This document shows, piece by piece, positions 42,300 to 53,233 of a stretch of DNA of 64,000 nucleotides. The stretch is from Alphaproteobacteria bacterium. Lineage in GTDB: Bacteria; Pseudomonadota; Alphaproteobacteria; UBA6615. Position 1 is the first letter of the stretch. Each line of letters begins with the position of its first letter. A program made the position numbers and the translations under genes. The DNA is taken from NCBI GenBank assembly GCA_965261975.1, contig CBDHEC010000047.1, positions 64,001-128,000 of the forward strand. The letters are read 5' to 3'. The notes below the pieces were generated by a model. That model was not told where the DNA came from. It saw only the letters and a program-made list of their open reading frames with translations, and ran no database searches.

Positions 42300-43293
42300 C
42301 TATTTGTGAATCGAACCTTCGGGGAAAAAGGCGTTGAAGGCGAAGGCGAATGTCACGTCGTGAACGGCGTCGACGAGCGAACCGTTTTCCCGGCGCTGGA
42401 CCACAATATTTCCGATATCGCGACCTTGCGAAATATTTCGCGCGTCCATCGCGGCGTTCTGACCCGGTTCCCAGGTTATCACCAGCTCCTCGGTTTTCGA
42501 TCCGCTTTTGCTTTTGTAGCAGGTCGAGTGACCAAGCCTGATCGTCGACCGCGACGACATAGGCGAGCGGGGCGATTCCTTCGGGGAAGCTGCCGCGGAA
42601 CAGGAACGGCTTCGAAGCTGAGTCGTAGCCCGCATACGGATTGAATCCGGGTCCGCCGCGCGGGCTCAACAGGACCTCGCCATCGGGGAACCGTTCCTTG
42701 AACCTGTCGAACGATTCCGTACGGGACGGCAGAAAGTCGAGTTCGACCCCGGTCATTTCACCAACGATGGCCTGGCCCGTGAACTGCAACCACCAGCTCT
42801 CCGTCTGCCGGTCCCACATTACGAGGTTCGAGTTGTAGAGTTTGCCCGAAACCCCGAACTCGTGAACCTTGCCGTCGATGGTCCGGTCGAACACAAAGGC
42901 GGAATTGCACAGCGGACACCAGGTCACCGCAATCGGCATGCCACCCAGCACATCGTTCACGATCTCATGGGTCATGAGGACGCCGAGCGCATAGGCGCGC
43001 GCCTCGCCGTTGATGCTGATCGTGATCATCGGCTCGGTACCGACATAGAGTCGGTCCACCTCCTCGATCGAGGCGAAACGCGGATTGTAGATCGGCGGAA
43101 TGCCGTCCTTCGGAACGCCGCCAGAGAAAATACTCTCAAGCGGCACACTGGATTTCGAGAAGTCTGTCTTCGGCCATTCCAGCTGCCAGAAAGCAGGGTT
43201 CGCCTGACCGCTCATCGAAACTGCGAGAAAGAGGATGCCTGCGGCGAGCACGGTGGCGACGCGGACCCGTTTCTGTGTCGTAAGTATCGGCAT
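42300..43293 (-). pseudogene. DUF3179-family protein with a 1-nt frameshift
   Basis: GGVPKDGIP, HEIVND, TWCPLC, FGVSGKL, DRQTESWW; the plausible C-terminus (DVTFAFAFNAF) is in another frame; extra base in the T4 run at 42494-42497. Confidence 0.72.
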
Positions 43294-43490
43294 GAGAAAC
43301 ATCCTTCATTATTCCCGGAACAGATGGAAGGTGCGTTTTCAGCGAAATCCTCTCACTCTGGGAATGAAGGCAAAAATCAACTGCAATCACATTTCACGGA
43401 GCGATGTCATCTGTGGCGTCCGGGCTGCCCGTCGCACGGGCTTGCCGTTTCCTACCATGGAGCCACTGTAGATATGTTTGAAGTCTCGAA

Positions 43491-45110
43491 TCACCGTGCG
43501 AATTCAAGCTCCAACCATTCGCTCCACGATTCCAGTGATGATGCCGGACGAACCCGAAACCGGACGCGCCCATAAGGAAGTACCCAAGTGTTCCAGTAGC
43601 CTTGGTCGACTGCACCAAAATCGTACCGCGTTCCGTCGACTTCGATTTGCCCTGAAAGCGCCAGCAGACCGGTTCCCGACTCATACTCGAGCACATGGCG
43701 CGCTGCCGCATTGCCAGTCCAGCTCAAGTAAGCGGCGCCGGCGATATCATCGAAACCGATTTCTCCGCTCTGTTCGGGGTGCACCCAACCAGGAATTCCG
43801 TCTCTCACGTCCGAGCGTGATGGCGCTTGGGGATTTGAAGCCAGACGCATAGTGGCGATTTGGTCCTCGATGCGTCGAATAAGGGGTTCGAAGTTGCCTG
43901 TTGTTGCTTGACCCGACCTCTCTTCGTTCGGGTCCTCATTCAGGTTCCATTTCTCGACTTTCGTAACTTTCCCCTGATCGATTTGCATCTGAACTTTCAA
44001 CCGTCCGTCTGACGCGGCGGCAACGAATCTTTTTACATCATCTGGCTCTGGTTCCGAAAAACCGGCGATGCTTGTCAGCGCGCTCCACAGGTAGTTTCGG
44101 TCGGAATCCCATAAACGCGGTTTGCCGCTGTTTGACGGTGCCTCCAGGCCCACAATGTCGACAATCGTCGGTGCGATCATCAGGTGGTCAGTTGGGGAGC
44201 TAATTCGACTCCCGGGAGGAACTGGCAGACGTCCCGGCGGCGCCCAAACGAACAAAGGGATTCGCACGATTTCCTCATGTAGGTGTCCGGCCCGCGTCGT
44301 CGACGCATGTCCGACCAATCCGCGTTCCAGCAGTTCTTCTCCGTGATCTGCCGTGACGACGAGCACGGTCGATTCCCGCAACCCGGAGGTCTCGAAGAAT
44401 TCCCAGAACTCACCGAACCAGGTGTCGAAATCGCGAACGCCACGCATGTAGGCCGAGCGAACCCATTCCCGGTCAGACGGCCGAAAGACAACAGCGTTAG
44501 CCGCGATCGCGGGCAATGTGCGCACGCTATCCTGCCTGCGGGACAGCTCCGGATCGTCTGGCGGGGTCACGTTGTCGGCATCGCTCTTCCCAGGAGAATC
44601 GTAGGGCAGGTGCGTTTGAAGATAGTGATACCAGAGAAAAAACTTCTGCCGGTCGCGGTTCCGATCTTCGATCCAGGATTTGAGCTCAGCACCCGGATCG
44701 AACTCGATTCCGAGATTCTTGAACAGATCGATCAACATGAACGCCTGTAGACCTGTGACCTGCCATCCAAGCTGACGGGCTCTTTTCGTCGGTAAATCAA
44801 GATCCGCTGGTAGCGAATTACCGCGCGCATGCAGCCCCTGCTCGAAACTTGAGAGACCCGTCAAGACGGCGACCACATTGGGGCCTGTCCACCCCGAAAT
44901 CGCACGGTGTTTTTCGAACACAACGCCCGAACGCGCTGCCTCGAACAGTTGTGGCATCAATTCGGGGGTCGCCGAGTCGGCGCGCCAACTGTCCACTGTC
45001 AGCACGATCACGTTGAGCGGACGAGGACGAAAGTTCTCGTAGAGCGTGAGCACCGACAGCAGCACCAGACAAACTGCTGCGAGGTTGATAGAAATTCGCT
45101 GACGTGACAT
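43491..45110 (-). CDS. Sulfatase-like hydrolase/transferase
   Basis: NVIVLTVDSWRAD, WTGP (Thr at the nucleophile position), HLPY, TADHGEE, GH. Confidence 0.82.
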   Translation of the reverse strand: MSRQRISINLAAVCLVLLSVLTLYENFRPRPLNVIVLTVDSWRADSATPELMPQLFEAARSGVVFEKHRAISGWTGPNVVAVLTGLSSFEQGLHARGNSLPADLDLPTKRARQLGWQVTGLQAFMLIDLFKNLGIEFDPGAELKSWIEDRNRDRQKFFLWYHYLQTHLPYDSPGKSDADNVTPPDDPELSRRQDSVRTLPAIAANAVVFRPSDREWVRSAYMRGVRDFDTWFGEFWEFFETSGLRESTVLVVTADHGEELLERGLVGHASTTRAGHLHEEIVRIPLFVWAPPGRLPVPPGSRISSPTDHLMIAPTIVDIVGLEAPSNSGKPRLWDSDRNYLWSALTSIAGFSEPEPDDVKRFVAAASDGRLKVQMQIDQGKVTKVEKWNLNEDPNEERSGQATTGNFEPLIRRIEDQIATMRLASNPQAPSRSDVRDGIPGWVHPEQSGEIGFDDIAGAAYLSWTGNAAARHVLEYESGTGLLALSGQIEVDGTRYDFGAVDQGYWNTWVLPYGRVRFRVRPASSLESWSEWLELEFAR

Positions 45111-45201
45111 TGGCGGATTCCGAGCAGACTAACAGTTCGAGCATAGAGCTGTCAGGATATCAGCTCTTGATGACTGTCCGTCGCCGGCTCCTGAGTGCGG
45201 T

Positions 45202-45927
45202 CTATGGTCTGCTTAGCACTTTCGCGCCGATAATCGTTCCGAGATCAATCTTCTGAAGTAGGACGGCAATCCTATCCGATGAGGCCTCGAATCCTTCAAT
45301 CGGGACTGTCAGCACGAGCGCGCGACCCTCATAGAGCCCGACGGCATGCAGGTCGCGTACGACGTTGGTGTTCTTCAGTTCGAGACCTGCGTTATCGCCC
45401 TCGCTCACATATGTTTTCAGCGAAGGCGTATACTGGACGATCAGCACGACATACTTCGCAGAGACCTCGGCGGGCCCGATCTCGATTCGGGCCGCATTGC
45501 GCTCAACCAGCCGGACCGCGAGTGCAGGCCGCTTGGGGCCTTCCTCCTCCTTGGCCGAAAGGATCTCTTCCAACAGTCCGACGCCTGAACCGGCCAGTTG
45601 CAATTGGCCGTTGATGACGAATTGTGGCGTGGCGACAAAAGGTACGCTGAACCGCGTGTTGTAGATGCGTTGCCGAATGGTGAAAGCCTCTTTGGCAAAA
45701 GGATCTTTCCACCCGGTGAAGTCCCAGTAGTTCACGTGGAATGCCAGGGGCAGCACGTCGTCGCGATCCGAAAGTTCTTCGATCAGCGCCTCGGCCGGCC
45801 GGCAAGCCGGACATGCCTGAGATGTGAACAGTTCGACAACGGTGTTTTGTGCAGATGCCGTCGCGTCGAACAGTGCGACCTGCACAATGCCGAGCAATAG
45901 TCCTGATAAGAGGCCTTTCTTACCCAT
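45202..45927 (-). CDS. DUF1223 thioredoxin-like protein (island copy)
   Basis: VVELFTSQACPAC, FHVNYWDFTGWKDPF, TPQFVING, GDNAG. Confidence 0.87.
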   Translation of the reverse strand: MGKKGLLSGLLLGIVQVALFDATASAQNTVVELFTSQACPACRPAEALIEELSDRDDVLPLAFHVNYWDFTGWKDPFAKEAFTIRQRIYNTRFSVPFVATPQFVINGQLQLAGSGVGLLEEILSAKEEEGPKRPALAVRLVERNAARIEIGPAEVSAKYVVLIVQYTPSLKTYVSEGDNAGLELKNTNVVRDLHAVGLYEGRALVLTVPIEGFEASSDRIAVLLQKIDLGTIIGAKVLSRP

Positions 45928-46102
45928 TCGCAAATCCTGACCGCTGGGCCCGATTGAGGCCAGTCACGACCCGGTGAGTTCGGATACCGTGCGTAACCCC
46001 GTCGGTGCGTCATTGATATTCCGATGTTCATGCGATCGGTGGATTGGACGCGACAACCGCTGCCCATCACAGAAGTTTGACGATGAAGCATGCAGAAACT
46101 GA

Positions 46103-46133
46103 TTGAGCCTCCAGTTACTGAAGGTTTTACGGT
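46103..46133 (+). promoter_or_regulatory. MerR-type promoter of tlpA-dsbD-dsbE
   Basis: TTGAGC-N19-TACGGT with dyad CCTCCAGT-T-ACTGAAGG. Confidence 0.72.
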
Positions 46134-46176
46134 TTCCTGACGTGAGGAGTTGTTCTGCAGCCGAGGAGGTTCAGGA

Positions 46177-46749
46177 ATGATACCGATATCCATCAGACTG
46201 CTGTTGGGTGCTTTGCTGGTCTTTGTCGGCGCCTCGACGGCTTTCGCCGACGAAGATCCGCCTGTCTCGGGTTCCGTGCAAAACTTCGTCGTCTTCGACA
46301 AACCCATTCCGGCTTCCCAGATATCACTGAGCGCGAAAGCAGGCGGCGAACAGACTCTCGGCGACTACCGCGGCAAGGTCGTCGTCCTCAATTTCTGGGC
46401 GACCTGGTGCGGACCGTGCGTGCGCGAAATGCCGACCCTAGCGCGGCTGCAGGAGAAGTTCGCCGGCGACGATTTCGCGATGGTTATCGTCAGCCAGGAT
46501 CGCGGCGGGTGGAAGGATATCGACCGCTTTATGGCCCGGCTGAAACTGGATTTTCCGAACAGCCTCCTGGATGACCGCCTCAAGATGAGCCGGGAAATGC
46601 AGGTGCAAAGCCTGCCGGTTGTCGCGATCCTCGATCGGCAAGGCAACGAGGTCGGTCGAGTTGTCGGTGGCGCTGAATGGGATACGCCGGAGGCCTTTGC
46701 GTTGGTCGAATACTACCTGAACCGCGACGACCGCAACGGTGGCAGCTGA
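46177..46749 (+). CDS. TlpA-family disulfide reductase
   Basis: VVVLNFWATWCGPCVREMP; GGAGG RBS. Confidence 0.9.
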   Translation: MIPISIRLLLGALLVFVGASTAFADEDPPVSGSVQNFVVFDKPIPASQISLSAKAGGEQTLGDYRGKVVVLNFWATWCGPCVREMPTLARLQEKFAGDDFAMVIVSQDRGGWKDIDRFMARLKLDFPNSLLDDRLKMSREMQVQSLPVVAILDRQGNEVGRVVGGAEWDTPEAFALVEYYLNRDDRNGGS

Positions 46750-46755
46750 CGCAAG

Positions 46756-49005
46756 ATGAGTCGTATTGGACATACTTCAATGCGAACCCTTGCCTCGCGA
46801 TTTTTTTGCACGCTCGTAGTAAGCTTGGCCATCCAGACCCTGTCGCCAGATGGTGTTGTTGCACAGACAACCACCGCGGCGAGTGACTGGGTCGGCGAAC
46901 TCGACAAACTGCCGGCGCGCGCGCGGATGGTCGCCGCGACCACCGGCGTCGGTCAATTGGACCGGATTCCGGTCGGCATCGAGATCGAGCTGAAACCGGG
47001 GTTCAAGACATACTGGCGCACACCCGGCGGTCCCGGCTTCCCTACAGTGGTCGACTGGACGGGCAGCGCCAATCTCGCCGAAGCCGAGTTCAAATGGCCC
47101 GGACCGACCCGCTTCGATGTGCTTGGCTTCGACAGTCTCGGTTATAAGAAGCACGTCGTATTTCCTATCTTCGTGCGCCCCAGCGACATCGGGCAGGAAT
47201 TGAGGTTGCGCGCCAACGTTCGCTACCTTGCCTGCGACGATATATGCGTGCCGATGGAAGCGAATCTGGCGCTCGACCTGCCGGGTGGAGCGGCGGAACC
47301 TTCTCCGCATGTCAATCTGATTGACCAGTATCGCGCCCGCGTGCCGGCAACCGATGGATCACTGGTCGGGCTCGAACTTCAGGCGTCGTCGCTGCGGGGC
47401 TCGGCGGAGGCGCCGGTCATCCAGGTCGCGTTCAACGCAGATCAACCATTCGAGTCTCCGGACCTGTTTATCGAGGGACCGGAAAGCGTCATCTTCGGTC
47501 GGCCCGCACTGCGGCGCAACGCAACGACCGCCGTGTTCAGCGTGCCGGCAGAGGACGAGTTGGGCGACGGCCCGGTCAAGGTTGCTGGAAAACCGATCCG
47601 GGTAACCTTGGTGGATCGCGGTCGGGCGTTCGAGGCGAATATCACGCTCGATCCTGGCGGGCCCGATCTGGTGCTGTCCAACGCGCTCGGCGGCTCCGGT
47701 TCGGGCATTGTCAATTTGACACCGGGTCCGGCCTCGGGCGGGGACATTGTCGGTTCGGGCCTGTCGTTGTTGGCCATCCTGGGCTTTGCGCTATTGGGCG
47801 GCCTGATCCTCAACATCTTCCCCTGCGTGCTGCCGGTATTGTCGATCAAGCTGCTGTCCGTGGTAGGGCATGGCGGCGGCAACCCGAAGGAGGTCCGACG
47901 GGGCTTCTTGGCGACAGTGGCCGGTGTTATCGCCGCTTTCCTGGCGCTCGCCACCGTCGTGGTCGGACTCAAGGCAGCGGGTCAGACGGTTGGGTGGGGC
48001 ATCCAGTTCCAGCAGCCGCTGTTCCTGGTCGCCATGGTGCTGATCCTGACCCTGTTCGCCGGCAATATGTGGGGACTGTTCGAGGTCCGCTTGCCGGGTC
48101 GCTTGTCCGACGCCGCGGTGCGTCATTCGGGCGGCAGCGGTCTCAAGGGCCATTTTTTCTCCGGTGGTTTTACCACCTTGCTGGCGACACCCTGCACCGC
48201 GCCGTTCCTCACCACCGCAATCGGCTTTGCGTTAACCCGTGGTACCGGCGAGGTGTACGCCGTGTTCACCGCGCTGGGGGTCGGGCTGGCGACACCGTTT
48301 ATTCTCGTCGCGGCATTTCCCAGGGTGGTCACAAAACTGCCGAAGCCGGGGCCGTGGATGATTACCGTCAAGAAGGTGCTCTCCCTCGCGCTGGTGGCGA
48401 CCGCGGTATGGCTGCTGTGGGTCATGTCCGCGCAGGTCTCCACCCTGGCCGCGCTGGTCGTGGCCGGATTGATGGCCGCCGCCTTGCTCACAATCGCATT
48501 GCGCCGGCTGGTTCCGGCGGAGGCCGTCATCGCGGTGCCGGCGTTGGTCGTCGTGTTGGCCGTGGTTGCGTTTGCCGCCCCCCAGCTGCTGCCGCGCGCA
48601 GAAGTGGGAACCGCCAGTGATGATCAACGTACCGTCTTTTCCTACAAAGCTTTCGACCGGACTGCGATCCCGCAACTTGTGGCGGCCGGAAAGGTGGTGC
48701 TGGTTCACGTTACCGCAGACTGGTGCATCACCTGCAAGGTCAACGAGAAGCGGGTATTGGAGGCCGGCGAGGTCGCCGCGGCTCTGGCCAGGGATGAAGT
48801 AGTGGTGATGAAGGCGGACTGGACCCGGCCGGACGACGAAATCGCCACCTATCTGGCGAGCTTCGACCGCTTTGGTATTCCGTTCGACGTCGTCTATGGG
48901 TTGGACACACCGGCGGGCACGACCCTGCCGGAATTCCTTACATCGAATACCGTCTTGACCGCACTGCGGTCGGCCAGCCCGACGCTGCGCGTGGCCCTCA
49001 ACTGA
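46756..49005 (+). CDS. DsbD/ScsB-family protein-disulfide reductase
   Basis: KTYWRTPG, LACDDIC, PCVLP, TPCTAP, TADWCITCKVN. Confidence 0.9.
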   Translation: MSRIGHTSMRTLASRFFCTLVVSLAIQTLSPDGVVAQTTTAASDWVGELDKLPARARMVAATTGVGQLDRIPVGIEIELKPGFKTYWRTPGGPGFPTVVDWTGSANLAEAEFKWPGPTRFDVLGFDSLGYKKHVVFPIFVRPSDIGQELRLRANVRYLACDDICVPMEANLALDLPGGAAEPSPHVNLIDQYRARVPATDGSLVGLELQASSLRGSAEAPVIQVAFNADQPFESPDLFIEGPESVIFGRPALRRNATTAVFSVPAEDELGDGPVKVAGKPIRVTLVDRGRAFEANITLDPGGPDLVLSNALGGSGSGIVNLTPGPASGGDIVGSGLSLLAILGFALLGGLILNIFPCVLPVLSIKLLSVVGHGGGNPKEVRRGFLATVAGVIAAFLALATVVVGLKAAGQTVGWGIQFQQPLFLVAMVLILTLFAGNMWGLFEVRLPGRLSDAAVRHSGGSGLKGHFFSGGFTTLLATPCTAPFLTTAIGFALTRGTGEVYAVFTALGVGLATPFILVAAFPRVVTKLPKPGPWMITVKKVLSLALVATAVWLLWVMSAQVSTLAALVVAGLMAAALLTIALRRLVPAEAVIAVPALVVVLAVVAFAAPQLLPRAEVGTASDDQRTVFSYKAFDRTAIPQLVAAGKVVLVHVTADWCITCKVNEKRVLEAGEVAAALARDEVVVMKADWTRPDDEIATYLASFDRFGIPFDVVYGLDTPAGTTLPEFLTSNTVLTALRSASPTLRVALN

Positions 49006-49023
49006 TATCGCAAGGAACTGGAC

Positions 49024-49563
49024 GTGAAACGGCTTTTGTATTTTTTGCCAGTCGCGGTTTTTGCCGGGGTGGCTGTGTCGTTCCTGTGGGGAGTGGACCG
49101 CGGAGCTTCTGTCTTGCCGTCGGCGCTCATCGATCAACCAGCGCCGCAGTTTGTCCTGCCGCCGGTTGAGGACGTCGACCGGCCCGGTTTCAGCACAGCG
49201 GACCTGAAAGGACAGGTGGTGTTGGTCAATTTTTTCGCGTCCTGGTGCGTACCGTGCCTGGCCGAGCACCCGCTGATCACCCGGCTGGCCGACCAAGGGC
49301 TGCCGGTATACGGCATAAACTATAAAAACGAGCCAGCAGAGGCGTCAGCGTGGCTGGCGAAGTACGGCAACCCATATACGTTAATCGGTTCGGACTTCGA
49401 CGGACGCATCGGCGTCGAGTTCGGTGTCACCGGGATGCCGGAAAGCTTCGTGATCGATCGTAATGGCGTGATCCGCTACAAGCAGGTCGGTGCCATTGCA
49501 TCGGACGATCTTAAGAGAACGATTTTACCGATCATTGCACGTCTCGAACGGGCGGCCGATTGA
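49024..49563 (+). CDS. DsbE/CcmG thiol-disulfide interchange protein
   Basis: LPSALID, NFFASWCVPCLAEHP, GINYK, GVTGMPES. Confidence 0.9.
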   Translation: MKRLLYFLPVAVFAGVAVSFLWGVDRGASVLPSALIDQPAPQFVLPPVEDVDRPGFSTADLKGQVVLVNFFASWCVPCLAEHPLITRLADQGLPVYGINYKNEPAEASAWLAKYGNPYTLIGSDFDGRIGVEFGVTGMPESFVIDRNGVIRYKQVGAIASDDLKRTILPIIARLERAAD

Positions 49564-49863
49564 TCTTGCTCCGCTCATTTGTCTCACAAGTTTTCGGCTG
49601 CGGTCACGGATCATCAGGAACGTTACCACTTGCCTCATTGGCGCGAGGACCATCGTCGCGACAAATTTCTGCGCGTCGCGGTGCCGACGGCTTCGCCTTC
49701 CTGTGTCTTTACTGCGGACAAGCTGGCTTCCGCTCGTTCCCAACTATCAAGACTCAACCTAGTAGGCTTTAAACGGCTTTCCGTTCCTCAATTCTGCCCA
49801 ATGATGTCGCCTTGGCGATTTTCGAGAAGAATCGAAGTTCTCGGCTGTCTTCAATTACTCCCC

Positions 49864-49894
49864 TTGACCTTCCGGCCGCTGGAAGGATTACCTT
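49864..49894 (+). promoter_or_regulatory. CueR-type promoter of cueR-copA
   Basis: TTGACC-N19-TACCTT with CCTTCC-N7-GGAAGG. Confidence 0.85.
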
Positions 49895-49938
49895 CTGCTC
49901 GTCGGTGGACATGACCGGCAAAACACGGGGTCAGTAAA

Positions 49939-50337
49939 TTGAACATCAGCGAAGCGGCCGAACGAGCAGGTTTGCCACCCAAAACGATCCGATACTACGA
50001 GGATATTGGTCTTGTTGAACCGGCACGCCGGCGAGACAACGGCTATCGCGACTACGCAGATCGCGACGTCCATATGCTGCGTTTCTTGTCCCGCGCACGG
50101 AGTTTGGGTTTCTCCGTAGCAGATTGCCGGTCTCTGGTGGAGCTGTATGGCGACACCAACCGCAAGAGCGCGGATGTGAAAGAACTCGCCTTCAAGCGTG
50201 TAAGGGATATAGACGCCAAGGTTTCAGAGTTGCAGGCGATGCGTGCAACACTTGTGAAACTCGCCGAAAATTGCCACGGCGACGATCGACCCGACTGCCC
50301 GATTATCGATGACCTGTCCGACAGCGGGGGCCTTTGA
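49939..50337 (+). CDS. cueR: Cu(I)-responsive MerR regulator
   Basis: RKSADVK and [12 protein letters not shown] signature. Confidence 0.93.
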   Translation: MNISEAAERAGLPPKTIRYYEDIGLVEPARRRDNGYRDYADRDVHMLRFLSRARSLGFSVADCRSLVELYGDTNRKSADVKELAFKRVRDIDAKVSELQAMRATLVKLAENCHGDDRPDCPIIDDLSDSGGL

Positions 50338-50338
50338 T

Positions 50339-52660
50339 ATGAGCGCTGAAGTTACTTTGGATGCTCGGGTGCAGGACCCCGTCTGTGGCATGGACGTCGA
50401 CCCCACGAACACGGCGCACTATCTCGAGCACGTGGGCGAGACCTACTATTTTTGCTCTGCCGGGTGTGCTGCAAAGTTCGTCGGTGATCCCGAGCATTAT
50501 CTGCTCCCGCCGGACGAACGGCCCGCGCCGATCGTCGCTCCGGGTACGCAATATACCTGTCCTATGCATCCCGAGATCATTCGCGATGAGCCCGGTAGTT
50601 GTCCGATCTGTGGCATGGCGTTGGAGCCGATGGGCGTTTCGCTAGATGACGGCCCCAACCCGGAGCTCGCAGATTTCACACGGCGCTTCCGGTTTGGCGC
50701 TGTCCTGACTGTCCCGCTGCTCGGGATCGTGATGGGCGACTTGCTGCCTGGTGTCCATTTTGCCGAGTGGATTGGCTCCCCCTGGTATGGCGCGTTGCAG
50801 TTTGTGCTCGGTACGCCGGTGATTCTCTGGTCGGGGAAACCCTTCTTCGAACGCGGCTGGGCATCGGTCGTCACGCGTAACCTGAATATGTTCACGCTTA
50901 TCGCATTGGGAACCGGCGCGGCGTTCATATATTCGACTGTTGCTGCATTCGTACCGGGAATTTTCCCCGACGATTTCCGTGGACCCTCCGGTGGTGTCGA
51001 AATGTACTTCGAAGCTGCGGCGGTCATCATTGTGCTGGTCCTTCTGGGGCAGGTGATGGAGTTGCGGGCGCGCGAACAGACCAGTGGCGCGTTGCGCGCG
51101 CTCCTCGATCTGGCGCCGAAAACCGCGCGCCGGATACGCGATGACGGATCGGACGAGGAAGTGTCTCTCGATGCGATTGTGCCGGACGACAGGCTGCGAG
51201 TGCGTCCGGGCGAGAAAGTTCCCGTTGACGGGACTGTGGTCGAAGGTCGTAGCTCCATCGACGAATCGATGGTGACGGGCGAATCCATCCCGGTCGAAAA
51301 AGCGCCCGACGATACGGTGATCGGGGCCACCCTGAACGGCACCGGTGGACTGGTAATCCGCGCCGATCGCGTCGGCGCCGATACCATGCTGTCGCGGATC
51401 GTGCAGATGGTTGCGGAAGCCCAGCGATCCCGTGCCCCGATCCAGCGACTGGCGGATGCCGTCGCCGGGTATTTCGTTCCAGTGGTCGTGGTGATCGCCA
51501 TTGTCGCCTTTATCGTCTGGGCGATCTGGGGGCCGCCGCCGGCCATGGCGTTTGCGCTCATCTCGGCGGTGTCCGTTCTGATCATCGCCTGTCCGTGCGC
51601 CCTCGGCCTCGCCACCCCCATGTCGATCATGGTCGGGACCGGGCGCGGCGCCCAGGCCGGGGTCTTGATCAAGAACGCCGAGGCGCTCGAGAAGTTCGAA
51701 AAGGTGGACACGCTGGTGGTCGACAAGACCGGCACGCTGACGGAAGGCAAGCCGCGGCTAACGTCCATTGAAACCGCTTCCGGCACGGCAAATGACGATC
51801 TTCTGCTTCTGGCTGCCAGCCTGGAACGCGGCAGTGAACATCCGCTTGCCGCTGCCATTGTTGATGCGGCACTTGATGCGGATCTCGATCTCGTGGAACC
51901 CACAAGGTTCGAGGCAGTGACTGGTAAGGGTGTTGCGGGCGAGGTCGATGGTCAGAAAGTCCTCCTGGGGAATGCCAGGATGCTCGAACATGCAGGGATT
52001 GACCCGGGCAACTGGACCGACCACGCAGACGAGCTTCGCCGGGAGGGTGAGACAGTCATGCTGGTCGCGGTCGACGGCGCGATTGCCGGCATCATCGGTG
52101 TCGCGGACCCGGTCAAGCAATCAACTCCCGAGGCCCTGCGTTTGTTGCGCGAGGAAGGTATTCGCGTGGTCATGCTCACCGGTGACAATCGGACGACCGC
52201 AGAGGCCGTGGCACGCCGCCTCGGAATCGAAGATGTCGAAGCAGACGTTCTGCCCGAGGAAAAGGCGGCGGTCGTAAAGAAATACCAGTCCGAAGGCCGG
52301 ATCGTGGCCATGGCGGGTGACGGCGTGAACGACGCGCCGGCGCTCGCGAGCGCGGATGTGGGCATCGCCATGGGCACGGGGACGGATGTGGCGATCGAAA
52401 GTGCGGGCATCACGCTGATCAAGGGTGACCTGATGGGTGCCGTGCGGGCACGGCGCCTGTCGCGCGCAACCATGCGAAACATCCGCCAGAACCTGTTCTT
52501 TGCGTTCTTCTATAACGCGCTTGGTGTGCCGATCGCGGCCGGTGTGCTGTTCCCGTTCCTGGGCATTCTGCTTAGCCCGATGTTCGCGGCTGCGGCGATG
52601 AGCCTGAGTTCGGTATCTGTGGTCGGGAACGCGTTGCGGTTGAAGAAGGTTCGGGTGTGA
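50339..52660 (+). CDS. copA: Cu(I)/Ag(I) P1B-1 ATPase with YHS and heavy-metal-binding domains
   Basis: DPVCGM...[15 protein letters not shown]...CPICGM, CPC, DKTGT, YN, MSLSS. Confidence 0.93.
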   Translation: MSAEVTLDARVQDPVCGMDVDPTNTAHYLEHVGETYYFCSAGCAAKFVGDPEHYLLPPDERPAPIVAPGTQYTCPMHPEIIRDEPGSCPICGMALEPMGVSLDDGPNPELADFTRRFRFGAVLTVPLLGIVMGDLLPGVHFAEWIGSPWYGALQFVLGTPVILWSGKPFFERGWASVVTRNLNMFTLIALGTGAAFIYSTVAAFVPGIFPDDFRGPSGGVEMYFEAAAVIIVLVLLGQVMELRAREQTSGALRALLDLAPKTARRIRDDGSDEEVSLDAIVPDDRLRVRPGEKVPVDGTVVEGRSSIDESMVTGESIPVEKAPDDTVIGATLNGTGGLVIRADRVGADTMLSRIVQMVAEAQRSRAPIQRLADAVAGYFVPVVVVIAIVAFIVWAIWGPPPAMAFALISAVSVLIIACPCALGLATPMSIMVGTGRGAQAGVLIKNAEALEKFEKVDTLVVDKTGTLTEGKPRLTSIETASGTANDDLLLLAASLERGSEHPLAAAIVDAALDADLDLVEPTRFEAVTGKGVAGEVDGQKVLLGNARMLEHAGIDPGNWTDHADELRREGETVMLVAVDGAIAGIIGVADPVKQSTPEALRLLREEGIRVVMLTGDNRTTAEAVARRLGIEDVEADVLPEEKAAVVKKYQSEGRIVAMAGDGVNDAPALASADVGIAMGTGTDVAIESAGITLIKGDLMGAVRARRLSRATMRNIRQNLFFAFFYNALGVPIAAGVLFPFLGILLSPMFAAAAMSLSSVSVVGNALRLKKVRV

Positions 52661-52795
52661 CAAGTGAGAGAGTTCGATGCGCATGACCAATCTCGAGTGT
52701 GCGGGGAAACGGGCGCTTTGTATGGCGCAAGGGCTCTTTGGTTTCACCCGCTGAGAATGCGCATCTGCCAGTTCGCCAAACCCAGGAGGACTTAC

Positions 52796-53143
52796 GTGCG
52801 ACAAACTTTAGGGATGTTACTGACAGTCATGTGGATCGTGATCGAACCGGCAACGGCGGCGGCCATTGGGTATGGCGATAACTTTATGGGTTGGGGCTCC
52901 AGCTTCGGTCTTGGCCACATGTTCTTTGGTGGCGCGATGATGATTGCGTTCTGGGGCGCGATTGTCCTGCTGTTCGTGGTGATTCACAGGTTCTCAGGAT
53001 CACGAACAGAGCAACTCCATAGTGCGTCCAAGCAGAGTCTCTCTTTGAGCGTTCTGAATGAACGATATGCCCGTGGTGATATCGATCACGACGAGTTCGA
53101 AAAACGACGGCAATCGCTGCGGCAGTCGAATGGGTCGGTTTGA
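52796..53143 (+). CDS. SHOCT-domain membrane protein
   Basis: Gly/Met-rich TM segment then LNERYARGDIDHDEF; AGGAGG RBS. Confidence 0.8.
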   Translation: MRQTLGMLLTVMWIVIEPATAAAIGYGDNFMGWGSSFGLGHMFFGGAMMIAFWGAIVLLFVVIHRFSGSRTEQLHSASKQSLSLSVLNERYARGDIDHDEFEKRRQSLRQSNGSV

Positions 53144-53233
53144 GGCGGGGGGACTGAATACGGCTGTTCGTTGGCGTGTTGAGTCGGCGGCGCCGCATCG
53201 ATGGGAACAATCTTAACCGAAGACAGGAACCAG

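Noticed and set aside
49560-49914. Small ORFs between dsbE and cueR
   Set aside because: No RBS, motif or consistent codon pattern; treated as intergenic
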